Shown: piece after piece, positions 26,701 to 37,641 of the stretch | Layout of the letters: each line of letters starts with the position of its first letter | Numbering within the stretch: the first letter of the stretch is position 1 | Assembly (NCBI GenBank): GCA_040954595.2 | Contig: CM082581.2 | Coordinates: 3,588,699 to 3,652,698, forward strand | Source of the DNA: Balanoglossus misakiensis | Taxonomy: Eukaryota; Animalia; Hemichordata | Direction: 5' to 3' | DNA: 64,000 nt | Notes under the pieces: model-generated | Databases searched by the model: none | Seen by the model: the letters and a program-made list of their open reading frames with translations, nothing else | What the model was told of the DNA's origin: nothing | Translations under genes and position numbers: made by a program

Positions 26701-29700
26701 CTCACTCACTCACTCAGTCAGTCACTCACTCACTCACTCACTCACTCACTCACTCACTCACTCACCCACACACCCACCCACTCACTCACTCACTCACTCA
26801 CTCACTCACTCACCCACACACCCACCCACTCACTCACCCACACACCCACCCACTCACTCACTCACTCAGTCACTCACTCACTCACTCACTCACTCACCCA
26901 CACACCCACCCACTCACTCACCCACACACCCACCCACTCACTCACTCACTCACTCACTCACTCAGTCACTCACTCACTCACTCACTCACTCACTCACTCA
27001 CTCACTCACTCACTCACTCACTCACTCACTCACTCACCCACACACCCACCCACTCACTCACTCACTCAGTCAGTCACTCACTCACTCACTCACTCACTCA
27101 CTCACTCACTCACTCACCCACACACCCACCCACTCACTCACTCAGTCACTCACTCACTCAGTCACTCACTCACTCACTCACTCACTCACTCAGTCACTCA
27201 CTCACTCACTCACTCACTCACTCACTCACCCACACACCCACCCACTCACTCACTCACTCACTCACTCACTCACTCACCCACACACCCACCCACTCACTCA
27301 CCCACACACCCACCCACTCACTCACTCACTCACTCACTCACTCACCCACACACCCACCCACTCACTCACCCACACACCCACCCACTCACTCACTCACTCA
27401 CTCACTCACTCACTCACTCACCCACACACCCACCCACTCACTCACTCACTCACCCACTCACTCACTCACTCACTCACCCACTCACTCACTCACTCACTCA
27501 CTCACTCACACACTCACTCACTCACTCACTCACTCACTCACTCACTCACTCACCCACTCACTCACTCACTCACTCACCCACACACCCACCCACTCACTCA
27601 CTCACTCACTCACCCACTCACTCACACACTCACCCACTCACTCACTCACTCACTCACTCACTCACACACTCACTCACTCACTCACTCACTCACTCACTCA
27701 CTCACTCACTCACCCACTCACTCACTCACTCACTCACTCACTCACTCACTCACTCACTCACTCACTCACTCACTCATTCATTCACTCACTCATTCATTGA
27801 TCATTCATTCATTGATCATTCATTCATTCATTCATTATCCATTTCATTGAGCGTTCCAATTACACTAATTTTCACTTGGGCTATTGTAGGGGGCATTTTG
27901 GAAATTTGCAAGTAAGAAAAACTTTACATTGCTATATTCAAAACTTCCTTGACTAAATACATCAAATTCTTGGGTAATAAAGCATATCCAACATGGCAAT
28001 GATTTGACCAATTCTATCACACGAAACGCTAGTCTCGGTTACCCAGAGCCCTCTGCTTCTTTCTTCCAGAAAGAGTGCCCAACGGAAGAAGCAGAGGGCT
28101 CTGGGTAACCGAGACTAACGAAACGCGTGTCATAATTAAGCAATAAAACACCCCCAGCCATGGTATACCACGAGATTTTGACCAGTTCACGACATATACG
28201 CACGAGCGATAGCGAGTGCGTATATGGAGTTGAACTGGTCAAAATCGAGTGGTATACCATGGCTGGGGGTGTTTTATTGCTATTATATTATGCCAGTATA
28301 TTGAAACTTTGCATAAAACATTTTAAAAAGGCATTTTCTTTGACTATGATATATGACTGTGGTATATGGCTAATATATCACGGTCACGTGTCGTGTCTCG
28401 ACCAATCAAATAGCTTGATTTACACCATCAATATACTGGTATAATATAATATAATATACCTCATGCTAATACTGTGCCGTGATTCGCCAGAATCCGTCAC
28501 GTGATAGGAAAATAGAATCGACTATGAACCGCTAGGGAAATAGCAGAAAAAATATAAACCGGTCACGTGACCAGCGTGAGTGCGCAGACTCGGTCACGTC
28601 AATCAGCGTTGCGTCGTCTGACACAATGGCCACTGCTGAAGATGTCGTCTGCCAACCTCAAGAGAAAATTGCAAGATTTTCCCAGATGTTAGCATGAGGT
28701 TTATTATAAAACACCTATAGCCTGGCCTATATTCGGGCCATAGCAGCCGTTTTTACCCCCTCGTGACTGTGAGTTACCAGAATCATACGCTATTTCCCTC
28801 GGCCTGCGGCCTCGGGAAATAGCATATGATTCTGGTAACTCACAGCCCCTCGGGTGTAATAAACGGCCGCTATGGCCCTCATGACCAGGCAATAGGTGTT
28901 CAATATAAACTATACCAGACCTGCGTTTTTTTCTCATTGCTTTGACGTTACCCACTGTAAACCCTCTCTGACGCGTGGAATTACCTATCCAATGCATGCG
29001 CGTGGATAATCTTGTCAACTTACCATCATTAAATGTTTTTGAACTAGTGGATCTTCCTCGTCTTCATCAGGGGAAGATTGGCTTACTTGTACATTGGATT
29101 GAGTACGTATACACCAATCTATGGGGAATCCCTCAATCTCAAGGTGCAGCTTATTAATCTCGTCTTTAGCTGTACATAGCTCTTCGTCATTTTCGTCCTA
29201 CAAGTAAAAATAATTATTATGTTAATATCCTTCACAACATTCATAATTTTTTTGTTATTCATCACAGTGAGCGAGTATGTCAATCTTCGTCTCTTTTCCC
29301 AAAAATTTGCCGATTACATTGACGTCCCATGGACACTGTGTATTTAATATTTTTCCATCTTTTACTACCGTGCCTTCTTCAGTAAGCCAGTCCCAGAGTC
29401 AGCAACATATAGGTGAATTTCCAAAGACAGCGAGTACAGAAACTATTGCTAAGTTTCACCGTCCAGAGAACATGTATTCAAAATTACCTGACCCATAATT
29501 GATTCATATCTTCCAATATATCGGGCTGCCAACTCAAATTTTCCATCGATACCCAATATACGCGCGAATAGGAGTAGCGCATCTGTGTTGCGTTTGTCTG
29601 CGTGCAATGCTGTTAGTCAAATGAAATGAAATGAGTTAAAATGTATAGTAATACAATATACATGCATAAAGTGTGTTTGACAAAACTGTATTCTAATAAT

Positions 29701-30925
29701 AAGCAAATAGGCACTATGGCAGAATTACAAACAGTTTATCTGAGCAAACGAAGGTTTCCATTCGTAGCGAATAAAGGGCGGTGGGTTTCGAGTGAAATCT
29801 TATAAAAATCAAATACCCACCAATCGGACAGATTTGTGCAGCGATCCGCAATTCATGACGCCAAATCAATGGGTTGAATGCCTGTGAAATAAGTGGGATA
29901 GTATGTATGATCAAACGTATAAGCAAAACAATTAAGAGATTGTCTATACGTACGAGAACCATCATAGGTAAACCAGTCGTCAACCCAAAGGAAAACACGT
30001 CAATTCACAAAAGCAAGGCTTACCGGGGAAATATTAAGGATGGTTTTGCATCTCCTAAGCCATTGCAAAACAATCGTTTGGTCAATGTTTACTCCTATGA
30101 GGGGAGGTATTGGAATTCTAAGAAATATTTCTCCTTCAAGGAAACACAGGTTATCGAACAGTTCAGGAAACGGAACATCGGCTTCGCTCACTAAGATAGC
30201 CAGTTGTTCAACAATCTAAAAAAAACACACAATAATATCATTATTATTGATTTCTCATATGATCCCGTCAACACCACACACACCCACTCACCCACCCCCA
30301 AACACAAACTTGAAATCCCACCACTGCGAATGGATGACTAGTGATTGTTAATTGTTACAATCGCTAAGGATTTCGCTATACTGGTAATATATCTGACAAA
30401 TGCTGCAGCTGACACGATGAACGACACATGATATAATCAGAAGCCAAGGCAGGTTTATTCTTGCGAGATTTACCTACCTCATTTTTCGTGAGCTTATTTC
30501 GTCCGTCTTCACGTCTGATTGACCTGCTCAAAGAAAATACGAGAAATTTCAGTGTAGAGCTGGCTGGATGCCACGAACTCGCAGATTTCGATAAAAATGG
30601 TTGCTAAGATTGTAAGTAGGTCCTATTATATGTAAACTGATTTCTTTACTCGGTTTCTATATGGATGCTTATGGCTAGGAAGGTTCATTTCAACCTTGCA
30701 TTTATGTTGTGATTTTACCCGTTCGTCTTCTGAAATACTTACAACAAGAATAGAGCAGGTTGCATATCTGCTGGATTTCTTACTAATTCTCGAATAAAAA
30801 GCAAGAATACTTTTCTTAATTATAATTCGGGTAGAGTTGGTCGCCTTCTTTACAAACCTGTGCAAATCCAAAAGACGCTGTATGAATGACATTCCGTGCG
30901 GATTTGTAGTTCCGTCTTCTTCCAT
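19395..30925 (-). CDS. HELZ2: HELZ2-like (helicase with zinc finger 2-related) UPF1-like SF1B RNA helicase, about 1337 aa; 18 exons: 30925-30743, 30603-30474, 30190-30024, 29881-29821, 29582-29488, 29197-29024, 26194-26110, 25905-25831, 25617-25528, 25361-24117, 23849-23761, 23591-23400, 23158-23024, 22700-22075, 21962-21723, 20697-20541, 19990-19823, 19495-19395; frame break in exon 10 (possible pseudogene allele or assembly error)
   Basis: All introns are GT-AG with consistent phases. SF1B motifs: LIQGPPGTGKS (Walker A, split by an intron), VLVCAPSNKAAD, CIVDEAGM (Walker B), VLIGDHLQL, SLFER, QYRMH, VNSVIGFQGSEKD, INVALTRAR. The segment GDVLQVQLG..RGLISP..CICLEHRRDPVGCF resembles the post-RNB region of HELZ2. 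Exons 10-18 are well supported; exons 1-9 rest on splice/phase consistency only. Confidence 0.82.
20060..20252. mobile_element. Kolobok-like MITE (TTAA|AGGTATAC..GTACCT|TTAA); related copies at 63465-63896 and about 51155-51310 (partial)
   Basis: TTAA flanks, terminal inverted repeat aggtatacggtcacc / ggtgactgtatac..cct, and the core atctagccaatcacagattt shared by all three copies. Confidence 0.7.
20821..21679 (+). mobile_element. Non-autonomous Helentron/Helitron2-type element (HINE, DINE-1-like)
   Basis: 5' subterminal IR taggggcacaagcc..ggcttgtgccccta, a (TCT)n/(ATT)n microsatellite, a 3' copy gcttgtgcccc, and a terminal stem-loop gctgcttgcagc followed by tttaatt. Inserted in a T-rich site. 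Confidence 0.75.
23629..23726. repeat. (ATTG)n microsatellite, about 24 units
   Basis: Perfect ttgattga run in helicase intron 11. Confidence 0.95.
26262..27836. repeat. Complex (CACT)n tetranucleotide array of about 1.6 kb with CAGT/CACC/CACA variants, grading into (CATT)n
   Basis: Directly visible. It produces the spurious 522 and 537 aa His/Ser/Leu/Thr ORFs. Confidence 0.97.
28030..28117. mobile_element. 88-bp TAG..CTA MITE with 32-bp perfect TIR and 9-bp TSD (AcademH-like)
   Basis: acgaaacgc|tagtctcggttacccagagccctctgcttctt ... aagaagcagagggctctgggtaaccgagacta|acgaaacgc. Confidence 0.85.
28132..28450 (+). mobile_element. Hairpin/ICR element family B
   Basis: Hairpin of about 150 nt (agcaataaaacacccccagccatggtatacc ... 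ggtataccatggctgggggtgttttattgct) with GA/GA mismatches at 28172-3/28247-8 and 28204-5/28214-5 and a GATA loop. The following attatattatgccagtatattga pairs with the 3' end tcaatatactggtataatataat. Confidence 0.8.
28451..28905 (-). mobile_element. Hairpin/ICR element family C (fuller copy)
   Basis: cctcatgctaa at the left end pairs with internal ttagcatgagg. Long hairpin at about 28712-28900 with TC/TC mismatches on + (GA/GA on -). Homologous to 11427-11722. Confidence 0.8.
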
Positions 30926-31132
30926 TGCGGTGATAAAATTATTATCGATACGCCTTCCCTAAATCAGAAAGATAACGAGTTAATTGAGATAAGGAGGAAA
31001 TGTGAAAGTTTAATGACTGAAGATTAGGATTTTCAGACGTTTTCAACAAATGTAGTAATTTTGATTTATTGCTATTATGAAAGTTCAAGTTGATTGGCAA
31101 ATTTCCTCTATGCCTATGTTCCTACCCTGCCT

Positions 31133-31202
31133 ATCAATCAATCAATCAATCAGTCAGTCAGTCAGTCAGTCAGTCAGTCAGTCAATCAATCAATCAATCA
31201 AT
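31133..31202. repeat. (ATCA)n/(GTCA)n compound microsatellite
   Basis: Directly visible, about 200 bp upstream of the helicase ATG. Confidence 0.9.
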
Positions 31203-32437
31203 TTATCGCACGCTCCTGAGAGCATTTGCATATTTCAGTCCAGAGCTAATACTATTACTATTTTATTTCTATATAATTTTTTCCTATTTCTTGCACTACT
31301 TGTAGAATATCTACGAAAACATGTCAAATTTTACGTATGTAGTAAACTTCGATAACAAAATTTGATCAATTTGATGATATGCACGTTGTACACATGACGC
31401 GCCCTCAACCGTTCAGGAGACGCACCATGTTGTATATAGGCCTACTGTTGTCTCAATGTCTCTTGAGGGCGCTATTAATTCGCTCTTTTATCATGTTTAT
31501 ACCCTTCATATTTTAAACGAGGCAAATGATCACAAACACTTTGTTTGGTACCGTGAATACAAAGGTGAAATTCCACAGCAGACTTTCAACATTTGGATGC
31601 AAATATAAAAAAGCGTCAACTCTAATGAATAACACAGTTCTACTTGTCTATTCCAGTGATTGGGGACAATGTGTTCTATTATTGCGCATAGATCAGAAAT
31701 AATTAAGTCATATGTAATAAATTGCGGAAGCGTTTCTCATGTTTGACGGAAGGAGCTGTTCTATTCATATGTCCCAAATATATACAGTTGAAAAGCTGAG
31801 TTGACATTTCAGTGAAAATACTTAATAGCCTCGCTTTCGAATTTCTACGAACCGTGACTCGTTTTGAAAACGAAAGAACAGCGCAGTGTTCACTTGTCAG
31901 TTTTTAGCGTTATGTCTGAAGGTACGTTTAGATCGAGAGAGAGAGAATGCCGAATGGTCTCTTCATTAGAGCATATTTGGCACCACATTGCACACGTGAG
32001 TACGGACTGTCAGTGTCGAAATATTTTTAAAATTGGCACCAAACCACCTGTTGATTAGTTACTAGGTGATCATTCGCGGAAATGATATGTGAAAATATAA
32101 CAATGTAATGTCTATTTTTAACATGCAGCAATCTTTCGCTATTAACCCGCGACCCATACATGTAGTTCCGCTCATCCCGTCAGTTCCGTAGCCCTCTTCC
32201 CTTGAATAGCTTAGGCGTGCAGTTGAATCCAAACAGAAAATAAAAAATAAATCTTCAAGTTGTACATTATTTTTAAGTCGTAAATTTCGGAGCATACGAA
32301 AATAGGTAAAAGAAGCTTAGTTACAGATTTAAGACGGCAAGAAGTGAACGCTTTCTACAATCTTGAAATGTGAAAATTCATAGATTTTACCAGAAACTGA
32401 TGATGCGTTTGGCATATAAACACAGTACATGGATATA

Positions 32438-32505
32438 TAGTCCCCTGCCCCAATCCCACTGCTGGCTGCGCTACGCTAAAGGGATTGGGGCGGGGAACCA
32501 GACTA
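32438..32505. mobile_element. 68-bp deleted derivative of the 50227-50576 TAG..CTA element, with 9-bp TSD
   Basis: atggatata|tagtcccctgccccaatccc ... gggattggggcggggaaccagacta|atggatata. Shares TIR sequence with 50227-50576. Confidence 0.8.
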
Positions 32506-34189
32506 ATGGATATAATGGATACCTATTGGCAGATTGAGGGTACTTTCCCATGTGTTCACGTTCTGAGCATGCTCACCATTTGCACCGATGATGTCATAAT
32601 TGAATTAGTCATGTCGAGAGTGGTAAGCGTACTAATATTTTATCGCTTTAAATGGTACCAAACCAAAACTTAATTTGCGAGATATAAAACTGAGAATTCG
32701 CGATTTTACCTCCAAAGGGCTGCATCTTAGTCGTGGCTTTCGCTTTGGTAAAAAAAAAACTAGGGCGTACAAGAATAGCTCGGATAAGCTTTTACTTGCA
32801 GTGACGCCATTATGTACCGATAGGCCTACCTTACGACACTAGGCAACCGTAAAGTGAAAGTAAACATCGACAATCAGATAGAATTAAATGGAGAAAATGA
32901 CAAAGCAGTAGTTACAACCCGCACTAAATGCCAGCAAGAGTGATCTTAGAACAGAAACATGGAGCATTAGTTTTAAAAAAAACATGGTGCGTTAATTAAT
33001 CAACGTTGGCCTGCTCGCTGGATCATGGATGTTAAATCAAAGTCATATATATAATCACCACGGCGCACATGTGTACTCAAGCGCAGTGCTTTTTTTTCGA
33101 AACTCACCTCTCAACAGCGTTAAATGTATCGACGATTTTTTTTCGGGGATTGTCGCTGTAAATTGTTCCTTCCAACCAGAGAATCCAAGCGATATATGCA
33201 CTCCTAGTGTGAAGACATGTTCAACACAACGCCCAACTGCATCTCGATGGTATATATACCAATAATTGGGTATTCCCCTTTATGATCTCAGTTGTCCAAA
33301 ATAACCGACCATGTTGTGGAAGTAGCATATTACGGGCAACCGGTATGTGTATGTTTCCCCGTAAACTGTGCCCACGATTGCCAAAATTTCCTTCTGTGAA
33401 ATATTGCCTCTTTTCATGTACTTATTTTCAATGACCCCCCCCCCCCCCCCCCCCGCGGCCCGCAACAACCAGAATGAGTAAAAGGTGTCTATGTACATTT
33501 TCACCATTTCCCTTCTTGGTGCATGTTGTCTGTCTGTCCCATCCCCTTTATTTCTGCCTTATGTCGGTCGGTGAGCCTGTTAGCTGTATGAGTTCTTGTC
33601 ATAAAATCACCAACTCTCTTGGTTGTCATATCTATAAAGTTCTACAGCCAATTTCTGTGGAACAACAAACAAAACAAAACAGTTCCCTTTTTAAATTATG
33701 GGAGAAAATTAGACCAAGAACGGACCCCTAATTAAAAAAAAATCTAGGAGTACAGAAAATATTATGCAGTCACACAGAAAGGAAACTGAATTTTCTCGCA
33801 CCCTCTAACCTGCAAAATGAAAGGAAATTAATTACATGCGTGATATTGTATTGATGAACGACAATCAATATTGCAAACACTATATGCAACAGTCTGAAGA
33901 TGTAAACTTATACAGAACTCTTTTATAAAACGCCTATGGGAGTAAATAAGGGTAAATTTCATCCGTTCATTTATTTTGTGTTTTCTTTTAGGATTTCTCA
34001 CAACAAGAGCTTATAAATTTTAATTTTTGTAGCAAATGGCTTACTTTGGAAATGTGTTGCTGGGAAATATTATTTCATTTCTTTTCTGCGACTCCATCGC
34101 ATTTTAACTATCACCCAGTAAAATTTGGATGTGCAGATTATATCATTTCGTGTTCAAGCGCTTGGTCCCCTCTTCAACTTGGTACAGAA

Positions 34190-34779
34190 TAGCTCTGGAC
34201 TTATGCGCTGTTTGGGTCTACGCTGCTCTCCGTCCCCCACAGCTATGGAGCCATGCGTAGGAAATCCTGTTGGGTTGCGGAGCAAAATGATTCGCACCGA
34301 TTTTCAAACAATAAACTACATGAACATGTACATAATGTTGTCAGAAATAAAGATCGAACGAAAATTTCACAAATGGGAACCTACTTGACGTGTTTGTCGC
34401 CGAATCGTAAACGTCGTTAACGCAGCGCCGTAAAACTGGTGACCCTCCCATACAAACACGCCGAGTAAAACATGTGTCGATCACATGACTTAAATGAAGG
34501 TGAACGTCCATGTTTGCATGGGAGGGTCACCAGTTTTACGGCGCTGCGTTAACGACGTTTACGATTCGGCGACAAACACGTCAAGTAGGTTCCCATTTGT
34601 GAAATTTTCGTTCGATCTTTATTTCTGACAACATTATGTACATGTTCATGTAGTTTATTGTTTGAAAATCGGTGCGAATCATTTTGCTCCGCAACCCAAC
34701 AGGATTTCCTACGCATGGCTCCATAGCTGTGGGGGACGGAGAGCAGCGTAGACCCAAACAGCGCATAAGTCCAGAGCTA
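34190..34779. mobile_element. 590-bp foldback MITE with about 262-bp perfect TIRs, TAG..CTA termini and 9-bp TSD (AcademH- or MULE-like)
   Basis: ggtacagaa|tagctctggacttatgcg ... cgcataagtccagagcta|ggtacagaa. The ORF track gives the identical peptide (SSGLMRCLG...HKWEPT) on both strands. Confidence 0.92.
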
Positions 34780-37399
34780 GGTACAGAACAGATATAGAGA
34801 GACAGACAGACGATAGTCAGAGAAAAGGAGACAGACTGACAGAAACGTATTTCGCCTGTATTCAGAAAGCCAGACACACAGGCATGACATACATGTATAC
34901 ACAATGAGTCACAGGTCAAGCGGGGTCTCGTACCGGCAAACACTTTGAAATCCAAGCTTACATTTTGAATTAATACAAGCATTCACAATTTATGAACAAA
35001 TTTTGCTATAAGTAACGCAATGTAATACTAGTTTCAGTACATCTCTAACAGCCAACAACATATCTGAAACACATTTAATGGCGACTAGACTATTCTTTGC
35101 GATAGGGGAATTCCATGAAGTCAAACAGATCCTAAAATAGCCGTCCACGAAGTGTACAACTATAATTTATAAACTAATATTGTTTACTAATGTTATGTGC
35201 AACTATTAAATGCAAATGCCGTGGGAGGTCCCAGGTGCCATGGGCTTGTTTTCTTTTTCGATAATTGAATTCTTGTTTCTTTTTCAGATTGTTTTGCATA
35301 TTATGCTCTATGTATAACATCTTCAGTGTGAAGGAAACAAGTCGCCCGAACTTCTGGAAAGACGATTGTTCGTTTACTTGGTTATTTGACCCCATTTGGT
35401 CGAGATGTTCAACAGGGATGACCTGAATATCCTTGTTACGACAGCTTCACTTTGAAGGAAAACGACACTAAGAACTTCTTGAACTTGCCGAAAAGCGAAT
35501 TTCGGACCTTGTCAATCCCTTCTAGATTTGTTCCAATTATTTTTTTACGGGATTAAAGTTCAACAACCCGATGAAACTTTCTCAGATTGATTTTAACCCG
35601 GTCCGATACCGAGCATATTGTCAAGAAGCCTGGTATGTCATATGTAAGTCACTCGCGATATTTGTGTACGGTGAAAAACAAGTCCTTTCGATGTAATTTC
35701 GAGTTGATTTTGGATGGCTCCGATAACCGAGTCTTTGAGTTAGCGTAGACACGTGCTGATGAAGGCGCATTGACTCTCTCAAGGCCACATATTGCAGTAA
35801 GGTCTCATAGTGTGGATGCCCTCGGTGTACAGGACGGTTGTTCATGTTGGCCTACTCAGCTCTCGTTTGGTGAAGCTGGAAGTCTACAAACTTGGCTGAG
35901 TCACGGTCCAAGGAGGGACCGTGGCTAAGTCCATGCCACCCGAAATACGACTGTAAGATATAAGAAACAAGGAATGTTTAAAACGTGTACTGCTGTTATA
36001 TCGGAAGGCAACAGTTCTCTACATGATAAATTTAAACATGGTTATACGGGAAAAACCATTAAACATTTTTCATGGCATTGCAATTTCTCGTATATCAGTA
36101 CATGTGCAATTCCTGGAAAATTAAACAACATCGCCATACATATATCCATTCATTAAAGTTTCAATAACTGTATTAAACCTTGGGTAATTTATTAACCAAT
36201 TCAACATGTCGTGTGCTAGGCCACAAATACTCGTAATATTTTATCAACACACTCTATGTCCACTCCGCGTAAAAAAGTATTGACGGAAAAAGTTCGCCCT
36301 GTACTTGGCTTTTTTTTAAATATCCGCAAATGACAAAGGTCATTATCAATAGCTATGATCCACGCAGATATCAGAAGTCGGCGACAGAAAGAGGAGTTTG
36401 AGGGTAGTGACAAAAAATCTGCATGTGATGAATGATTGAGCCGTTTGAATTTTGCTTGCTAAACTTGAACCACTTGTAAAAAATGTGTTAAAACTATTCA
36501 CAATCACATGTGGATCATTGTGGTCTAAACTTTATAAATTTTGGGACGATATATCAAATATTTAGCGCATGTAATTATCGTTCTAAACTTTATAAATCTA
36601 CCACTGATTTGAAGTCCGAAATATATGATCAGTAAATAGTTGGTTGAACCTGGGAAATAATATTCATTTTTGGAACACGATGGAATGTAGCGTGGTGAAA
36701 TTGTGTGAGGTGTTCACAAATATGAGACAATAATTTTTCTGAAGATAAAAAGTGCAGTTAATTCTATGTTCAACCCGGAAATCTAATGAACGCAGTGGAA
36801 TGTTGTTCTCCGAATGCGCGTGTTGTTTTCAGAAATAGGGGATAGTATTAAATAATAGTATGGCAATGAAAATTAAAATGGATTATTTTTTGTAGAACTA
36901 GGAAAGTAATATCTAATTTTTTGAACGCGTTGAGAACGATATTTAAATCGGCTAAATATCGGATATACCCACGAGGTAAATAGTTGCTGGGGAGGTCCGA
37001 TCTAAACTGTAGCTACTACATGTATAGGCTAATTAAAGTTTAGAACGATATTTTAGGGCCTAGATCGGATAAAAGTCAGATAGATTTTCTAATTTGTATC
37101 ATAATTTAGATTTAGAAAAATGTAATATAGCTTAACTCTCAGCTACGTTAATAAATTTAGATTTACACACTTCTAAATTAGCTTTCTAAACTTCCAGCTA
37201 AACTTTCTAAAAATTCTAAAACACAATTCCGTACCTTACTGCTTCTTCTGCATAGCAAAAGGTGCCAGTAAACATTAAGGGGATCCATTTATATCAAGCA
37301 TTATTATCTATAATTAGTTTGTTTTATAAACCGGCTCTTTCGTGTATCTTTAAATCCTGATGTGATGTTACACAAACTTCAGACTCAGAGTTTGTGTGG

Positions 37400-37641
37400 C
37401 CTGAATGCTAGCTGCATGCGAATTTTCGATGTCGCCCTCTGTGTCGTCCAAGGATCCTACGTCATCACCTACGTTTAATTAAATGCTTGTCTGAACGAGA
37501 GTAACGCCAGTTCCCGCATAGTGCGAGACAATCACTTTCTTGTTTTCCTGGGGTGAGAGAGGAAGTCACTCCGTCGAGCACGTAAACACGGTAGCCACCT
37601 CTCCCACGATCGTCACTCGTACACGGGGAAAAGCCGCCGAC
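37400..37641 (+). promoter_or_regulatory. CpG-rich promoter/5' UTR of ZIP13-like gene
   Basis: Local CpG richness immediately upstream of the ATG, dropping sharply after about 38230. Contains a CRE/ATF-like TACGTCA near 37458 and an ETS-like GGAAGT at 37561. Confidence 0.45.

Noticed and set aside
26232-27850. 522 aa and 537 aa ORFs (HSLT repeats), the longest in the track
   Set aside because: They are translations of a stop-free (CACT)n microsatellite inside an intron of the opposite-strand helicase.
29024-29197. Suspected second frameshift in helicase exon 6
   Set aside because: Re-reading shows a continuous 58-codon frame (DENDEEL...DPLVQKHLMM) ending at a strong ATG|gtaagt donor.
29255-29400. 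Open stretch on the - strand (LWDWLTEEG...AHCDE) in helicase intron 5
   Set aside because: Bounded by stops, without convincing splice sites; the flanking exons already join in phase.
34125-34982. Two ORFs with identical C-terminal peptides on opposite strands
   Set aside because: Artefact of the perfect inverted repeat; no protein family resemblance.
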